Positions 48,722 to 59,112 of a stretch of 64,000 nt of DNA are shown in pieces (position 1 is the stretch's first letter; each line of letters begins with the position of its first letter). A model generated the notes under the pieces. The model worked only from the letters and a program-made list of their open reading frames with translations. It had not been told where the DNA came from and made no database searches. Position numbers and translations under genes: made by a program. Origin of the DNA: Blastocatellia bacterium (GTDB lineage Bacteria > Acidobacteriota > Blastocatellia > UBA7656); contig CAVXWP010000001.1 of the NCBI GenBank assembly GCA_963765495.1, forward strand, positions 544,001 through 608,000, in the 5' to 3' direction.

Positions 48722-49021
48722 TTGGCTGGGCCTCCGACCGCTACCGTTACCCAACAGATCCTCTACCGGCAGCAAACTAGATTATACTTCACACTTCCAG
48801 GCGGTCGCAATTCTTTGATTCGGATGGGCCTGTGCCCAAAGACGGCTCGGGTTCACGTCCCTAAAGCCTCGACACTAACGCTACGACGCAAAAGCGACGC
48901 CCTCAAGCGCTCAACGAGCGCGGCAACCTCGGTGATCGGAAACTTTTTCGGTAAAGGCTTCGCTAGTATTTAATCTCTATCTCAGGATAAAGGATATGAA
49001 TGGCCTCACCGTGTCATGCCG

Positions 49022-49107
49022 CCCAATCGGTTCCCCCAATCGGTTCCCCCAATCGGTTCCCCCAATCGGTTCTCCCAATCCGTTTCCCCAATCCGTTCGC
49101 CCCCAAT
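49022..49107. repeat. Tandem 13-bp repeat CCCAATCGGTTCC x6 (three perfect, three degenerate)
   Basis: Units read directly at 49022, 49035, 49048, 49061, 49074 and 49087. Confidence 0.9.
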
Positions 49108-49151
49108 ATATGATTACCCGAACCATTTTTCAACCCCTGATCGGAGACTGT

Positions 49152-50315
49152 TCATTTTGCGCCCCGACTCATGGCCTCGATCAATATCGCCGCAACCTCC
49201 GGGCGCGAGAATTCACCGGGCGGCATTTCGCCCCCGGCGAGCATTTCGCGCACCTTCGTGCCCGAAAGCGCGACGTGCTCGCTTGAGTCGTGAGGACAGG
49301 TCTTATTGGAGGCCATAGCTTCACAACGTCTACAGAAAAAGGAGTGATCAAAAAAAATGGGCGTGATCCCGAGCGCCTCGGGGTCGAATTCATTGAAGAT
49401 GTAGTGCGCATCATAAGTGCCGTAATAGTTGCCCACTCCGGCGTGATCGCGCCCTACGATGAAATGCGTGCAGCCGTAATTCTTACGGATTATCGCGTGA
49501 AAGACCGCCTCGCGCGGCCCCGCGTACCGCATGGCCGCAGGGTTGACGGCAAGCAGCGTCCTCGTCTTCGGAAAATAATTTTCGAGCATCGCTTCATAGC
49601 AGCGCATTCGTATGTCGGGCGGTATGTCATCGGACTTCGTTTCGCCAACGAGCGGGTGCAGCAAAAGACCGTCTACGGTTTCAAGCGCGCACTTGATGAT
49701 ATATTCGTGTGCGCGGTGAATCGGATTGCGAGTTTGGAAGGCGACCACGCGATGCCATCCTTTCTTCTTGAAAGTCTCGCGTGTTTGAACCGGGTCCAGG
49801 CGATGGGCGGGGAAGGCCGGATTGCGCGGGCGGTTGAGCAGACTGATCGGTCCGCCCAGCAAATAATCCCCCCTGTCGTAAAGGGCACGCACGCCCGGAT
49901 GCGCAAGGTCCGTGGTCAGATAGACGCGCTCGGCTTCTCGCTGTTTGTCGTAAGTGTATTTCTGTCTGAGGTGAAGCACGCCAAGCGGATGATCTTCGTC
50001 GCCGTAAAGCGCGATATCGGAGCCTTCCTCCAGATCGCCTGCAAAATCCTCTGAGGCCGCGAGCGTGACCGGAATCGTCCAGGGCAGCCCCGAAGCCAGG
50101 TGCTTGTTGCCCCTGACCGCGACGTAATCGTCTTCACACATAAAGCCTTCAAGCGGGCTAAATGCGCCGTTGGCGATCATTTCAAGGTCAGAGACCTCGC
50201 GGTGTCGCAAATTGATGCGCGGCATCGCGGGGACCCTTTCAAGAAGCGTCTCGCGTTCGACGCCCGTGAGTTCGCGGTTTATAAGCTGACCGCCGTGTGC
50301 AGGTATTGTTTCCAT
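49152..50315 (-). CDS. sat: Sulfate adenylyltransferase
   Basis: [35 protein letters not shown] and GRDHAG. Start reassigned to 50315. Confidence 0.96.
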   Translation of the reverse strand: METIPAHGGQLINRELTGVERETLLERVPAMPRINLRHREVSDLEMIANGAFSPLEGFMCEDDYVAVRGNKHLASGLPWTIPVTLAASEDFAGDLEEGSDIALYGDEDHPLGVLHLRQKYTYDKQREAERVYLTTDLAHPGVRALYDRGDYLLGGPISLLNRPRNPAFPAHRLDPVQTRETFKKKGWHRVVAFQTRNPIHRAHEYIIKCALETVDGLLLHPLVGETKSDDIPPDIRMRCYEAMLENYFPKTRTLLAVNPAAMRYAGPREAVFHAIIRKNYGCTHFIVGRDHAGVGNYYGTYDAHYIFNEFDPEALGITPIFFDHSFFCRRCEAMASNKTCPHDSSEHVALSGTKVREMLAGGEMPPGEFSRPEVAAILIEAMSRGAK

Positions 50316-50489
50316 ATCTATTATTCCTCGCTGAATTTCAAAACTATAAACAAACTTCGAACGATACGTGACCGCTATGGAGGCTGTCAACGCGGTGGCC
50401 AGTGATCACTGAGCAGTGGTCGGTGGCCGGTAATAAGGAGTTGCGGCATCAGATCGGCCCCGGAGAGACGTAGATGCGCCGACCGCTGC

Positions 50490-51170
50490 TCAACCTATGA
50501 ATTTATAACCGAGCCCGTGAATTGTGAGAATGAATTGAGGATGGCGGGGATTTGGTTCTAGTTTCTGGCGAAGCCATGCCACGTGTACATCAACCGTTCG
50601 GGTCGAGGGCATGGCATTGTAGCCCCACACTTCGTTCAGCAATTCGTCACGCGAAAGCGTGCTGCCTCTATGATCTATAAAGTAGCGAAGCAATTGAAAC
50701 TCGCGGGCGGATAAATCGACTGCCGCACCATTGCAAGTGACTTCGGCGCGGCGAAAATCCACCCGCACAGGCCCGAACTGATAGGCAGTTTGAGGATAAA
50801 CGGTTGCCACGGGTGCGCGACGCAACAGCGCTTCTATTCGCGCAAGCAATTCAATGGTCTCGAAGGGCTTGGTTAAATAATCATCAGCACCCAGTTTCAA
50901 ACCCACCACTTTATCTACGACCTGCCCGCGAGCCGTGAGCATGATGAGGGGCGTCTCTATGCCGCGCTGTCGCAAGTCTCTGCATACATCGAACCCGTTT
51001 TTACGCGGAAGCATAACGTCGAGGATGATCAAATCAAACGACTCGGCAGACGCTCTCTCAAACCCGGTCTCACCGTCCCCGGCCGTCTCGACCTTATAGC
51101 CTTCGCTCGTCAGCCGGTCGCTCAACGTAAGAACCAGTCCCGGCTCATCTTCTATCAATAAAATTCGCAT
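50490..51170 (-). CDS. OmpR-family response regulator
   Basis: LIEDE, LDVMLP, GADDYLTKPF and TRTVDVHVAWLRQKLE. Confidence 0.94.
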   Translation of the reverse strand: MRILLIEDEPGLVLTLSDRLTSEGYKVETAGDGETGFERASAESFDLIILDVMLPRKNGFDVCRDLRQRGIETPLIMLTARGQVVDKVVGLKLGADDYLTKPFETIELLARIEALLRRAPVATVYPQTAYQFGPVRVDFRRAEVTCNGAAVDLSAREFQLLRYFIDHRGSTLSRDELLNEVWGYNAMPSTRTVDVHVAWLRQKLEPNPRHPQFILTIHGLGYKFIG

Positions 51171-51179
51171 ATTGAAAGA

Positions 51180-51286
51180 GATGCGTGAATCGTGATGCGT
51201 GATGCGTGATTCCGAGACAGGCAATTATCTGTAACAAGTCTTCTGCCTCAAAGTCATGTATCACGATTCACGCATCACGATTCACG
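51180..51286 (+). repeat. Heptamer-armed dispersed repeat, family A copy 4
   Basis: TGATGCG arms; core GTGATTCCGAGACAGGCAATT…TGCCTCAAAGTCAT; TCACG arms. Confidence 0.72.
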
Positions 51287-53252
51287 CGTCGCGCATCATT
51301 ATCAGTGCTTCATCGCTGGCCTCGGTCGCCTGAGCTACAGCGGGCAGGCGCAAAGTGAAGGCGCTTCCACGTCCGGGCGCGCTTTCTACATCCACGCTTC
51401 CGCCGTGGGCATCAATTATGTGTTTTACCAGGCTCAACCCCAGGCCGTTCCCATGAATCTGGGCCGAGGCGGCCTCGCGGCCCCGATAAAACGGTTCAAA
51501 GATGTGAGGCAAATCCGAAGCCGTTATTCCCATTCCACGGTCTTCGATTGTGATTTCGACTTCCAGACCGCGTCTGCCCTGAACCGATTTCGCTCCAATC
51601 CTTATCAAACGGCTTTCGCCCGCGTATTTCATGGCGTTGTTGAGCAGGTTTTGAATCGCTCGCAGAAGCGCCGCCCTGTCGGCTAAAACCGGAGGCAGAT
51701 TCATCTCGATCTCTTTTTCCACATCGAAACCGCCTTCGCTTATCTGCATACGGCAATCGGCGAGCGCCGCGTCGATCAGGTCATTTGCGTCTGTCGGATA
51801 CAGATCATAAGTCTTCTGGCCCGATTGCGCGCCCGCAAAATCGAGCACCTGCTCGACCATCTTCGCAAGCCTCTGCCCTTCGCCCTTTATCAACGCGCCG
51901 TATCGTTTGATCTGCGCCCGGTCGTCGATCACCCCGTCGGCCAGATTTTCGCCCGCCGAACAGATAACGGCGAGCGGGGTCCGCAACTCGTGCGATACGC
52001 CCGCGACAAATTCAATCTGCTGTCTTGCCAACCGCTGTGCGCGCCGCGTCGAGATTATTATCATCGCTACGCTCACCGCCAGCAGCAAAAGTATGCCGAA
52101 GCTCACGATCAAATTTCGATGACGCACGCCCGCGACCGCCAGATCGAGCGAGCCCGCGCGATGCTTTATCACAAGCTGCCAGACGCCGTCTTTATTCCCT
52201 GTAAGAGAGCCTTTCGCGGACGTCTCTCCCGGCGATTCACTGCGAATGCTGAACGTCATAATCTGCGACCTGTGCTCGCCCGCCGCCGCCGTTTCTCCGC
52301 GCATTCCCATCTCCGGCAACAGATCGCTGAACTCTTCGAACCTCAATCCGAAAAGCCCCGCCGTCTGGTCGCCCGCGACGGCTTCTTCATCAGAGATCTT
52401 CGCATCGGATCTGTATATGATCTTCTTCGGGTCTTCGCGTTCCACAATCGCCACGTTGTAATCGACTGTATCGCCGCTTGCGAAGTACCTCCGGGCAAGC
52501 AGGGGAAGAAACTCCTGTTTTATGTAATCGAGATCGAGCGTGATAATGTTGTGGCCGGTGAGCGGGGCTATCTCGGGCAACCCCGCGCTTTCGCGACTTT
52601 CGACGCGAGCGGTAAAGGTCTTTCTCTCCTTTTCGATGAAGCGATATTTCGGGAGCACGACGAAAGCCTTATCGGTCTTCTCTACAAGACGGTCGCCTGT
52701 AATCATTCGAAGTCCGAGTATGGGTGTGACGATGGCGGGCACATCTTCGGCTATAGTATTCAGGAGGTTTCGCGCAAGCATTGCCGGTTCGGGAAGTTCA
52801 GCCCGCTTCATATCGGCAAACGAGTCGCGCAGGGTCAGGAGTTCCGGCGGCCACTCGCGCGGCTTGAGCATAGCCTGCGCCCTGTCGAATTCGAGCAATC
52901 GAGGCCCGCTCTTGTCGTCCTCTTCAACTACGAATACGCCTTTGACAAGCCTGGGATAAGGCGCGGTTTGAAACCACCTGTCATAACGTTTCGAATAATC
53001 ATCCCATCGGTTATCGCGCAAGTCGGCCGCATCCATCTGCAAACTCAAATATGCGCGGGCAAGTTCGCGGTCAAAATCGCGGCTGAATTGCGTAGCCCCG
53101 GCGCTGAGACTCTCCTGCATCCGCTCGCGCTCTGCCCGGCTGACCTGCCCGAGCCATCGGTATTGCAGGGTCGCAAACAGCGCGAGCAACAATACGAGCG
53201 AGGCGGCAAGCACAAGGGTCAGAGGCGGGCGTTTTTTCAACAGCTTCTTCAC
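51282..53252 (-). CDS. Sensor histidine kinase
   Basis: Two TMs; SHELRTPL, NLLNNAMKY, DRGMGI, FEPFYRG and GNGLGLS. Confidence 0.94.
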   Translation of the reverse strand: MKKLLKKRPPLTLVLAASLVLLLALFATLQYRWLGQVSRAERERMQESLSAGATQFSRDFDRELARAYLSLQMDAADLRDNRWDDYSKRYDRWFQTAPYPRLVKGVFVVEEDDKSGPRLLEFDRAQAMLKPREWPPELLTLRDSFADMKRAELPEPAMLARNLLNTIAEDVPAIVTPILGLRMITGDRLVEKTDKAFVVLPKYRFIEKERKTFTARVESRESAGLPEIAPLTGHNIITLDLDYIKQEFLPLLARRYFASGDTVDYNVAIVEREDPKKIIYRSDAKISDEEAVAGDQTAGLFGLRFEEFSDLLPEMGMRGETAAAGEHRSQIMTFSIRSESPGETSAKGSLTGNKDGVWQLVIKHRAGSLDLAVAGVRHRNLIVSFGILLLLAVSVAMIIISTRRAQRLARQQIEFVAGVSHELRTPLAVICSAGENLADGVIDDRAQIKRYGALIKGEGQRLAKMVEQVLDFAGAQSGQKTYDLYPTDANDLIDAALADCRMQISEGGFDVEKEIEMNLPPVLADRAALLRAIQNLLNNAMKYAGESRLIRIGAKSVQGRRGLEVEITIEDRGMGITASDLPHIFEPFYRGREAASAQIHGNGLGLSLVKHIIDAHGGSVDVESAPGRGSAFTLRLPAVAQATEASDEALIMMRDA

Positions 53253-53302
53253 AACGGCGATTATAGCATCACTATTACGCCGCCGGATGGGGCGGCAAAA
53301 AA

Positions 53303-53319
53303 TTTTACATCCTTAACAA
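53303..53319. promoter_or_regulatory. TTTTACATCCTTAACAA box, putative OmpR-family binding site (copy 1)
   Basis: 16/17 identical to 57473-57489; upstream of the kinase/regulator operon. Confidence 0.55.
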
Positions 53320-53323
53320 TTAC

Positions 53324-53416
53324 GTGAAGCGTGAAGCGTGATTCATGACTTCAGGTGGCAGGATTAAACCAACTTGCAAGCCTCGTAAATCACGAATCAC
53401 GCTTCACGCTTCACGC
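53324..53416 (-). repeat. Heptamer-armed dispersed repeat, family A copy 5
   Basis: CGTGAAG arms; minus-strand core GTGATTTACGAGGCTTGCAAGTTG…GCCACCTGAAGTCAT. Confidence 0.78.
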
Positions 53417-53438
53417 TTTTGATGGTTGCTGATTCTTT

Positions 53439-53453
53439 TGGCACACGACTTGA
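53439..53453 (+). promoter_or_regulatory. Possible sigma54 promoter for the terC-like gene
   Basis: TGGCAC-ACGAC-TTGA, with one mismatch at -12. Confidence 0.4.
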
Positions 53454-53471
53454 TGACACTTAATCATCGTA

Positions 53472-54392
53472 GTGGCAGATTACTCAATAAATCACATTCC
53501 GATATGGATATGGGCGATATTTGGCGTGCTGATTCTGATCCTGCTCGTGATTGATCTTGTCGCGCATCGGGACGATCATGCCACGTCGCGCAAGAGTGCC
53601 ATCATCTGGAGCATAATCTGGATCGCGTCGGGGCTTGCCTTCAATGTCTTCGTATATAATATGTTCGGCGGTCGAGCCGGGCAGCAATATCTGGCCGCTT
53701 ATCTGATCGAAAAGAGCCTGAGCCTCGATAATCTTTTCGTATTCCTGATAGTCTTTCGGGGGCTCAACACGCCCGAGAAGCATCAGCACAGGGTGTTGTT
53801 CTGGGGCATCTTTGGCGCGCTCGTTTTTCGCGGCCTCTTCATATTCGCGGGCGCTGTGGCCATCGAGCGATGGCAGTGGGTCTCTTACATCTTTGGCGCG
53901 CTTCTTTTATACGGCGCTTACAGCGCGCTTCGTAAAGACCCCGCTCGCGAGCGAAAAAGCGAGGTGGTCGAGTGGCTCTCAAACCATCTGCCCGTCACCG
54001 AAAAAGTTCAAGATACAAAATTCTTCTCAATTGAAAACGGGAAGCATGTGGCCACGCCGCTCTTTGTCGCTCTGGTTGCGATTGAATTGACCGACATCGC
54101 CTTCGCCATAGATTCGGTCCCGGCGGCCTTCTCGATGAGCCACAGCCGATTCATACTCTATAGCTCAAACGTCTTTGCGATACTCGGACTGCGCGCTCTT
54201 TACATCACGTTGGCGCATTCTTTAGCCAGACTCAAATACCTGCGTTACGGGCTGGCCGGAGTGCTCGCGTTTGCGGGCTTCAAGCTGATCGCCGATCAGT
54301 GGATAGAGATCCACACGCTCGTTTCAGTAGGAGTTATCGTGCTGATGATAGGTTTATCGGTCTGGGCGAGCCTCGGCGAGAAAAAGATGTAG
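53472..54392 (+). CDS. terC: TerC/Alx family membrane protein
   Basis: EKSLSLDNLFVF, DIAFAIDSVPA and SNVFAILGLRALY. Confidence 0.92.
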   Translation: MADYSINHIPIWIWAIFGVLILILLVIDLVAHRDDHATSRKSAIIWSIIWIASGLAFNVFVYNMFGGRAGQQYLAAYLIEKSLSLDNLFVFLIVFRGLNTPEKHQHRVLFWGIFGALVFRGLFIFAGAVAIERWQWVSYIFGALLLYGAYSALRKDPARERKSEVVEWLSNHLPVTEKVQDTKFFSIENGKHVATPLFVALVAIELTDIAFAIDSVPAAFSMSHSRFILYSSNVFAILGLRALYITLAHSLARLKYLRYGLAGVLAFAGFKLIADQWIEIHTLVSVGVIVLMIGLSVWASLGEKKM

Positions 54393-54596
54393 GGCATTAA
54401 GAAGCGGCTTATTATTCCAGAAAATTACCTCTTCACCTTGTCGATATGAGATTTCACACCTCAAATCACAGATTAGCCGACACGAGAAAAACTATGTATT
54501 CAGACTCTTCTTTTACTGTGGTACACTCTGCGTTGATATTGGCCTCGGTCGAAGTTTCAAAACACATAAGCGCTTAAAGTTTGCCAGGAGACCTGA

Positions 54597-54965
54597 GTGG
54601 AAAAAATTAAAAAGCGCATCCTTTACGTAGACGATGATATAGAGTCTTGCCGTGTGCTTGCGCAACTTCTGACCATCTGGGGATATGAAGTTGAGATCGC
54701 CCAATCCTTCGCCGACGGATTGAATTTAGTCACAAGCAAAAGCTTTGACCTCTACATTCTGGACAACTGGTTCAAGGATGGAAGCGGCATCAAGCTGTGC
54801 GAGACGATTCGCATATCCGATCAGGAGACGCCCGTTATTTTCCTCTCGGCCGCCGTTTACGAATCCGATCATCGGGCCGGAATGGATGCGGGAGCCCAGT
54901 TCTACTTCAACAAACCTGTCGAGATAAAAAAGCTGGAAGAGGTGCTGGCGCAGTTGTTTAATTAA
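54597..54965 (+). CDS. Single-domain response regulator
   Basis: YVDDD, ILD, FLSA and NKP; AGGAG SD. Confidence 0.88.
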   Translation: MEKIKKRILYVDDDIESCRVLAQLLTIWGYEVEIAQSFADGLNLVTSKSFDLYILDNWFKDGSGIKLCETIRISDQETPVIFLSAAVYESDHRAGMDAGAQFYFNKPVEIKKLEEVLAQLFN

Positions 54966-55034
54966 CGGCTATTCAATCCCTTTAATTCTGTAAATCTTCT
55001 TTATCCTGTCCGATTCTTTCTCGCTCTTCACCCG

Positions 55035-55730
55035 TCACGCATGTTCGTTTAATTCACGCACAGCCGTTTCAAGTGATCCTATGATCTGTTGGCGGTTTCC
55101 CGTAATCAGTCGAGGCGCGCCGAGGCGGACTTCGCAGAAAAAGGGCACAGGAATATATTCACCCTTCGGCAGGCTCCGCCCCATATTCACGAGGTAGGCG
55201 GGTACGACCGGCACATCGGGCATCTTTTCAAGCAGATGAGCTATGCCGGAGCGAAATTGCCCTACGGCTTCGCCCGACCCGCGCGTCCCTTCGGGAAATA
55301 TGATCAGAGATTGCCCCGCTTCGAGCGCCTCCTGCATGAAGTGAATCGGGTTGCTTTCGGAGGTTATCTTTTTTCTTGCGATGGGCAATATGTTGAAGAG
55401 GGTTTTCGTAAAGATTGAGACCAGCCTGTTGCGCTCGAAGTAATCTGCTGCCGCCACGGGGCGTATATTGCGCAGCCGCCTGAGAGGGAAAAGACTCAAA
55501 AGCGAGATGGTATCGAGATGGCTTGAATGATTCGCAATCAGAATGAATGGATCAGACCCCGGCAGGTGTTCGCGTCCTCGCACGCGCAGCCCGATAAAGA
55601 GCGCCATAAACGACCTTACAAGTGCCGCGAAGAAAATCATCTGTACGATGTTTGCCACAGCGCCGTGCCCGATTGTCCGTTCCGATTTCGCTTCCTTCTC
55701 ATCCTTCATCATTTGCTTCCCTCTCTGCAC
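55035..55730 (-). CDS. Lysophospholipid acyltransferase (PlsC-like)
   Basis: NHSSHLD and FPEGTRG. Confidence 0.92.
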   Translation of the reverse strand: MQRGKQMMKDEKEAKSERTIGHGAVANIVQMIFFAALVRSFMALFIGLRVRGREHLPGSDPFILIANHSSHLDTISLLSLFPLRRLRNIRPVAAADYFERNRLVSIFTKTLFNILPIARKKITSESNPIHFMQEALEAGQSLIIFPEGTRGSGEAVGQFRSGIAHLLEKMPDVPVVPAYLVNMGRSLPKGEYIPVPFFCEVRLGAPRLITGNRQQIIGSLETAVRELNEHA

Positions 55731-55742
55731 AGTGTTGCCGCC

Positions 55743-56684
55743 TTAATAGTGGTAATAACGAATATAGTGAAAGAAGAGCGGCGCGGCGTAGCAGAGCGAA
55801 TCCACCCGGTCGAGCATGCCGCCGTGGCCCGGGATTATGCCCCCGAAATCCTTTACGCCAAAATCCCGTTTGACCGCGCTCATCACAGCGCCCCCGCAGA
55901 AACCCGCGACCGTTATCAAAAGCGATACACCCATGGTTTCCGGCACGGAAAACGGCGTAAGAAAGCGTATCGCGAGGCTCAGGCATATGGCGCTTGCGAT
56001 GCCGCCTATAAACCCTTCCCACGTTTTATTAGGGCTGATGGCCGGGATGATCTTATGGCGTCCGAGGGTCTTGCCCCAGATGTATTGCAGCACATCGCTT
56101 ATCTCTACGACGAAGACCAGAAATAGCAGAAGCGTGCGCCCGTTTGCGTCGTGACCTTCGATTACGGGGAGCGTGAGCAGGAACCCGAGATGGCTAAGTC
56201 CATAAACAAACGCCATCAGCCCCCACTGTATCTGCGACACAGAGGCCACAAACCCGACCGTGTCCTTTGACAGCATCAGCCGCACCGGCAGGATCAGGAA
56301 CATGTATACGGGGATGAAGATTATAAACATCCCGTACCAGGGGATGGCGATCCAGAAATACTGAATCGGGATGGCCAGAAAGGTGATCACAAGGGTCTTG
56401 TGATCAGCCGGGCGCGTCTTGAGTAATGTGATGTACTCTTTCATCGCCCAGAAACTGAGGAATGTAAAGAAGATGAGCGACACGATGTTATTGACTACGA
56501 CCGCGCAGAAGAAAACCGCAGCCATCAGCCACCACGAATTCACGCGAGCCGACAGTTCCTTGTAATCACTCCGCGGGCGCGCCAGCCGGAGTATGGCCAC
56601 GAGGACAGAAGCTACAACCAGCACGGTCAGAACCAGCAGGGCCATTCGCCAGACCGGGGGGAGATCGGTCACACTCATTGGCAT
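55743..56684 (-). CDS. Phosphatidate cytidylyltransferase (YnbB-like)
   Basis: SDVLQY, ISPNKTWEG and KRDFGVKDFG…GHGGMLDRVDS. Confidence 0.93.
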   Translation of the reverse strand: MPMSVTDLPPVWRMALLVLTVLVVASVLVAILRLARPRSDYKELSARVNSWWLMAAVFFCAVVVNNIVSLIFFTFLSFWAMKEYITLLKTRPADHKTLVITFLAIPIQYFWIAIPWYGMFIIFIPVYMFLILPVRLMLSKDTVGFVASVSQIQWGLMAFVYGLSHLGFLLTLPVIEGHDANGRTLLLFLVFVVEISDVLQYIWGKTLGRHKIIPAISPNKTWEGFIGGIASAICLSLAIRFLTPFSVPETMGVSLLITVAGFCGGAVMSAVKRDFGVKDFGGIIPGHGGMLDRVDSLCYAAPLFFHYIRYYHY

Positions 56685-56702
56685 TCTCAGATCAACCTTT
56701 CA

Positions 56703-57326
56703 TCAATTTCGCCCGGCATTCAACGGCAATTCCGCGAGCGCCTTCGAAATTCTATTCCAGCAGGTGAGAACGGTAAGCAGCGCGACAATGCCGAAGACCC
56801 AGGGCCAGAGCCTGAATGCGCCCGGTACGATAGCGGTGAGGACGCCGAGCGCGCCCACGATTAGCGCGCGGTCGCTCTTACCCATAGGCCCTTCATAGTG
56901 GCGGCTTGCGCCAAGTGCGCGACCGAGCACACCGCAAAACTCCGTCAGCAGCGCCCCGATTGAAAATGCCACAACCGGCCATAGCGCCTCTTCGTAGAGA
57001 AGGGCGAGCGGGAGATAAAGCCCGAGGTCCGAGACAGCATCGCCAAGCTCATTCAACACGGCGCCGAGCGTTGAGGCCATATGGAGTTCGCGCGCCATCA
57101 TACCGTCTATGGCGTTCAAGGCCATGCGCGCAAAAAGCCACACGGGCAACAGGAGAAGTAGCGCAGGCCGGGTTCTGGCTTGCGATACAATCGCGCCTAC
57201 GATTATTGACCCCGTGATGGCGATCAGGGTGATTGCGTTCGGAGTGAATCTCAAACCTGCGAGCCTTTTCATCAGCGGTCTGAGCAGGGATTGAAATTTC
57301 GGTTTCAGATCGTAAACAGACGGCAT
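56703..57326 (-). CDS. CDP-alcohol phosphatidyltransferase (YnbA-like)
   Basis: SVYDLKPKFQ, NAIDGMMAR…GAVLNELGDAVSD and GPMGKSDR. Confidence 0.92.
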   Translation of the reverse strand: MPSVYDLKPKFQSLLRPLMKRLAGLRFTPNAITLIAITGSIIVGAIVSQARTRPALLLLLPVWLFARMALNAIDGMMARELHMASTLGAVLNELGDAVSDLGLYLPLALLYEEALWPVVAFSIGALLTEFCGVLGRALGASRHYEGPMGKSDRALIVGALGVLTAIVPGAFRLWPWVFGIVALLTVLTCWNRISKALAELPLNAGRN

Positions 57327-57472
57327 TTGCCTCTCTATTGTTGTCCTTAGCTTTGTGAGTGCTCTGAGGCTTTCAAGAACCTGCTGCCGGGGCCTGTGTC
57401 AGTGTTTGTCGATAGCCTCAAACCGCGTCGCCGGATTATAGCATAGAGGGGCTATAAGAACGCGAAGCAACT

Positions 57473-57536
57473 TTTTACATTCTTAACAAAATCCTTTCAT
57501 CGTCTTAACCACCTGGGCCCGCTTTTCAGCCATAAT
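57473..57536 (+). promoter_or_regulatory. TTTTACATTCTTAACAA box (copy 2), two further half-sites and a -10 element
   Basis: TTTACA, TTAACA, TTTCAT and TTAACC at about one-turn spacing, then CATAAT at 57531. Confidence 0.55.
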
Positions 57537-57564
57537 CCTTTCAGAACATGTGACAGGAGAAAAT

Positions 57565-59079
<1,515 letters not shown>

Positions 59080-59112
59080 ATGTTGTTTCAACAAAACAGG
59101 AGGTTACTTTTG

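Noticed and set aside
49022-49107. 13-bp array considered as CRISPR or as coding (ORFs 48996-49286 and 49016-49318)
   Set aside because: No spacers; the period is not a multiple of 3 and the translations are just repeat read-outs.
27735-50315. larB, modA and sat as parts of one cofactor or sulfur cluster
   Set aside because: They are dispersed, lack their usual partners (larC/E, modB/C, cysC/H) here and share no visible regulatory motif.
51825-53327. 500-aa antisense ORF over the histidine kinase
   Set aside because: Shadow ORF with no recognisable domain.
53417-53471. yybP-ykoY (Mn) riboswitch expected before terC/alx
   Set aside because: The space is short and I could not see the conserved motif; an Rfam scan would settle it.
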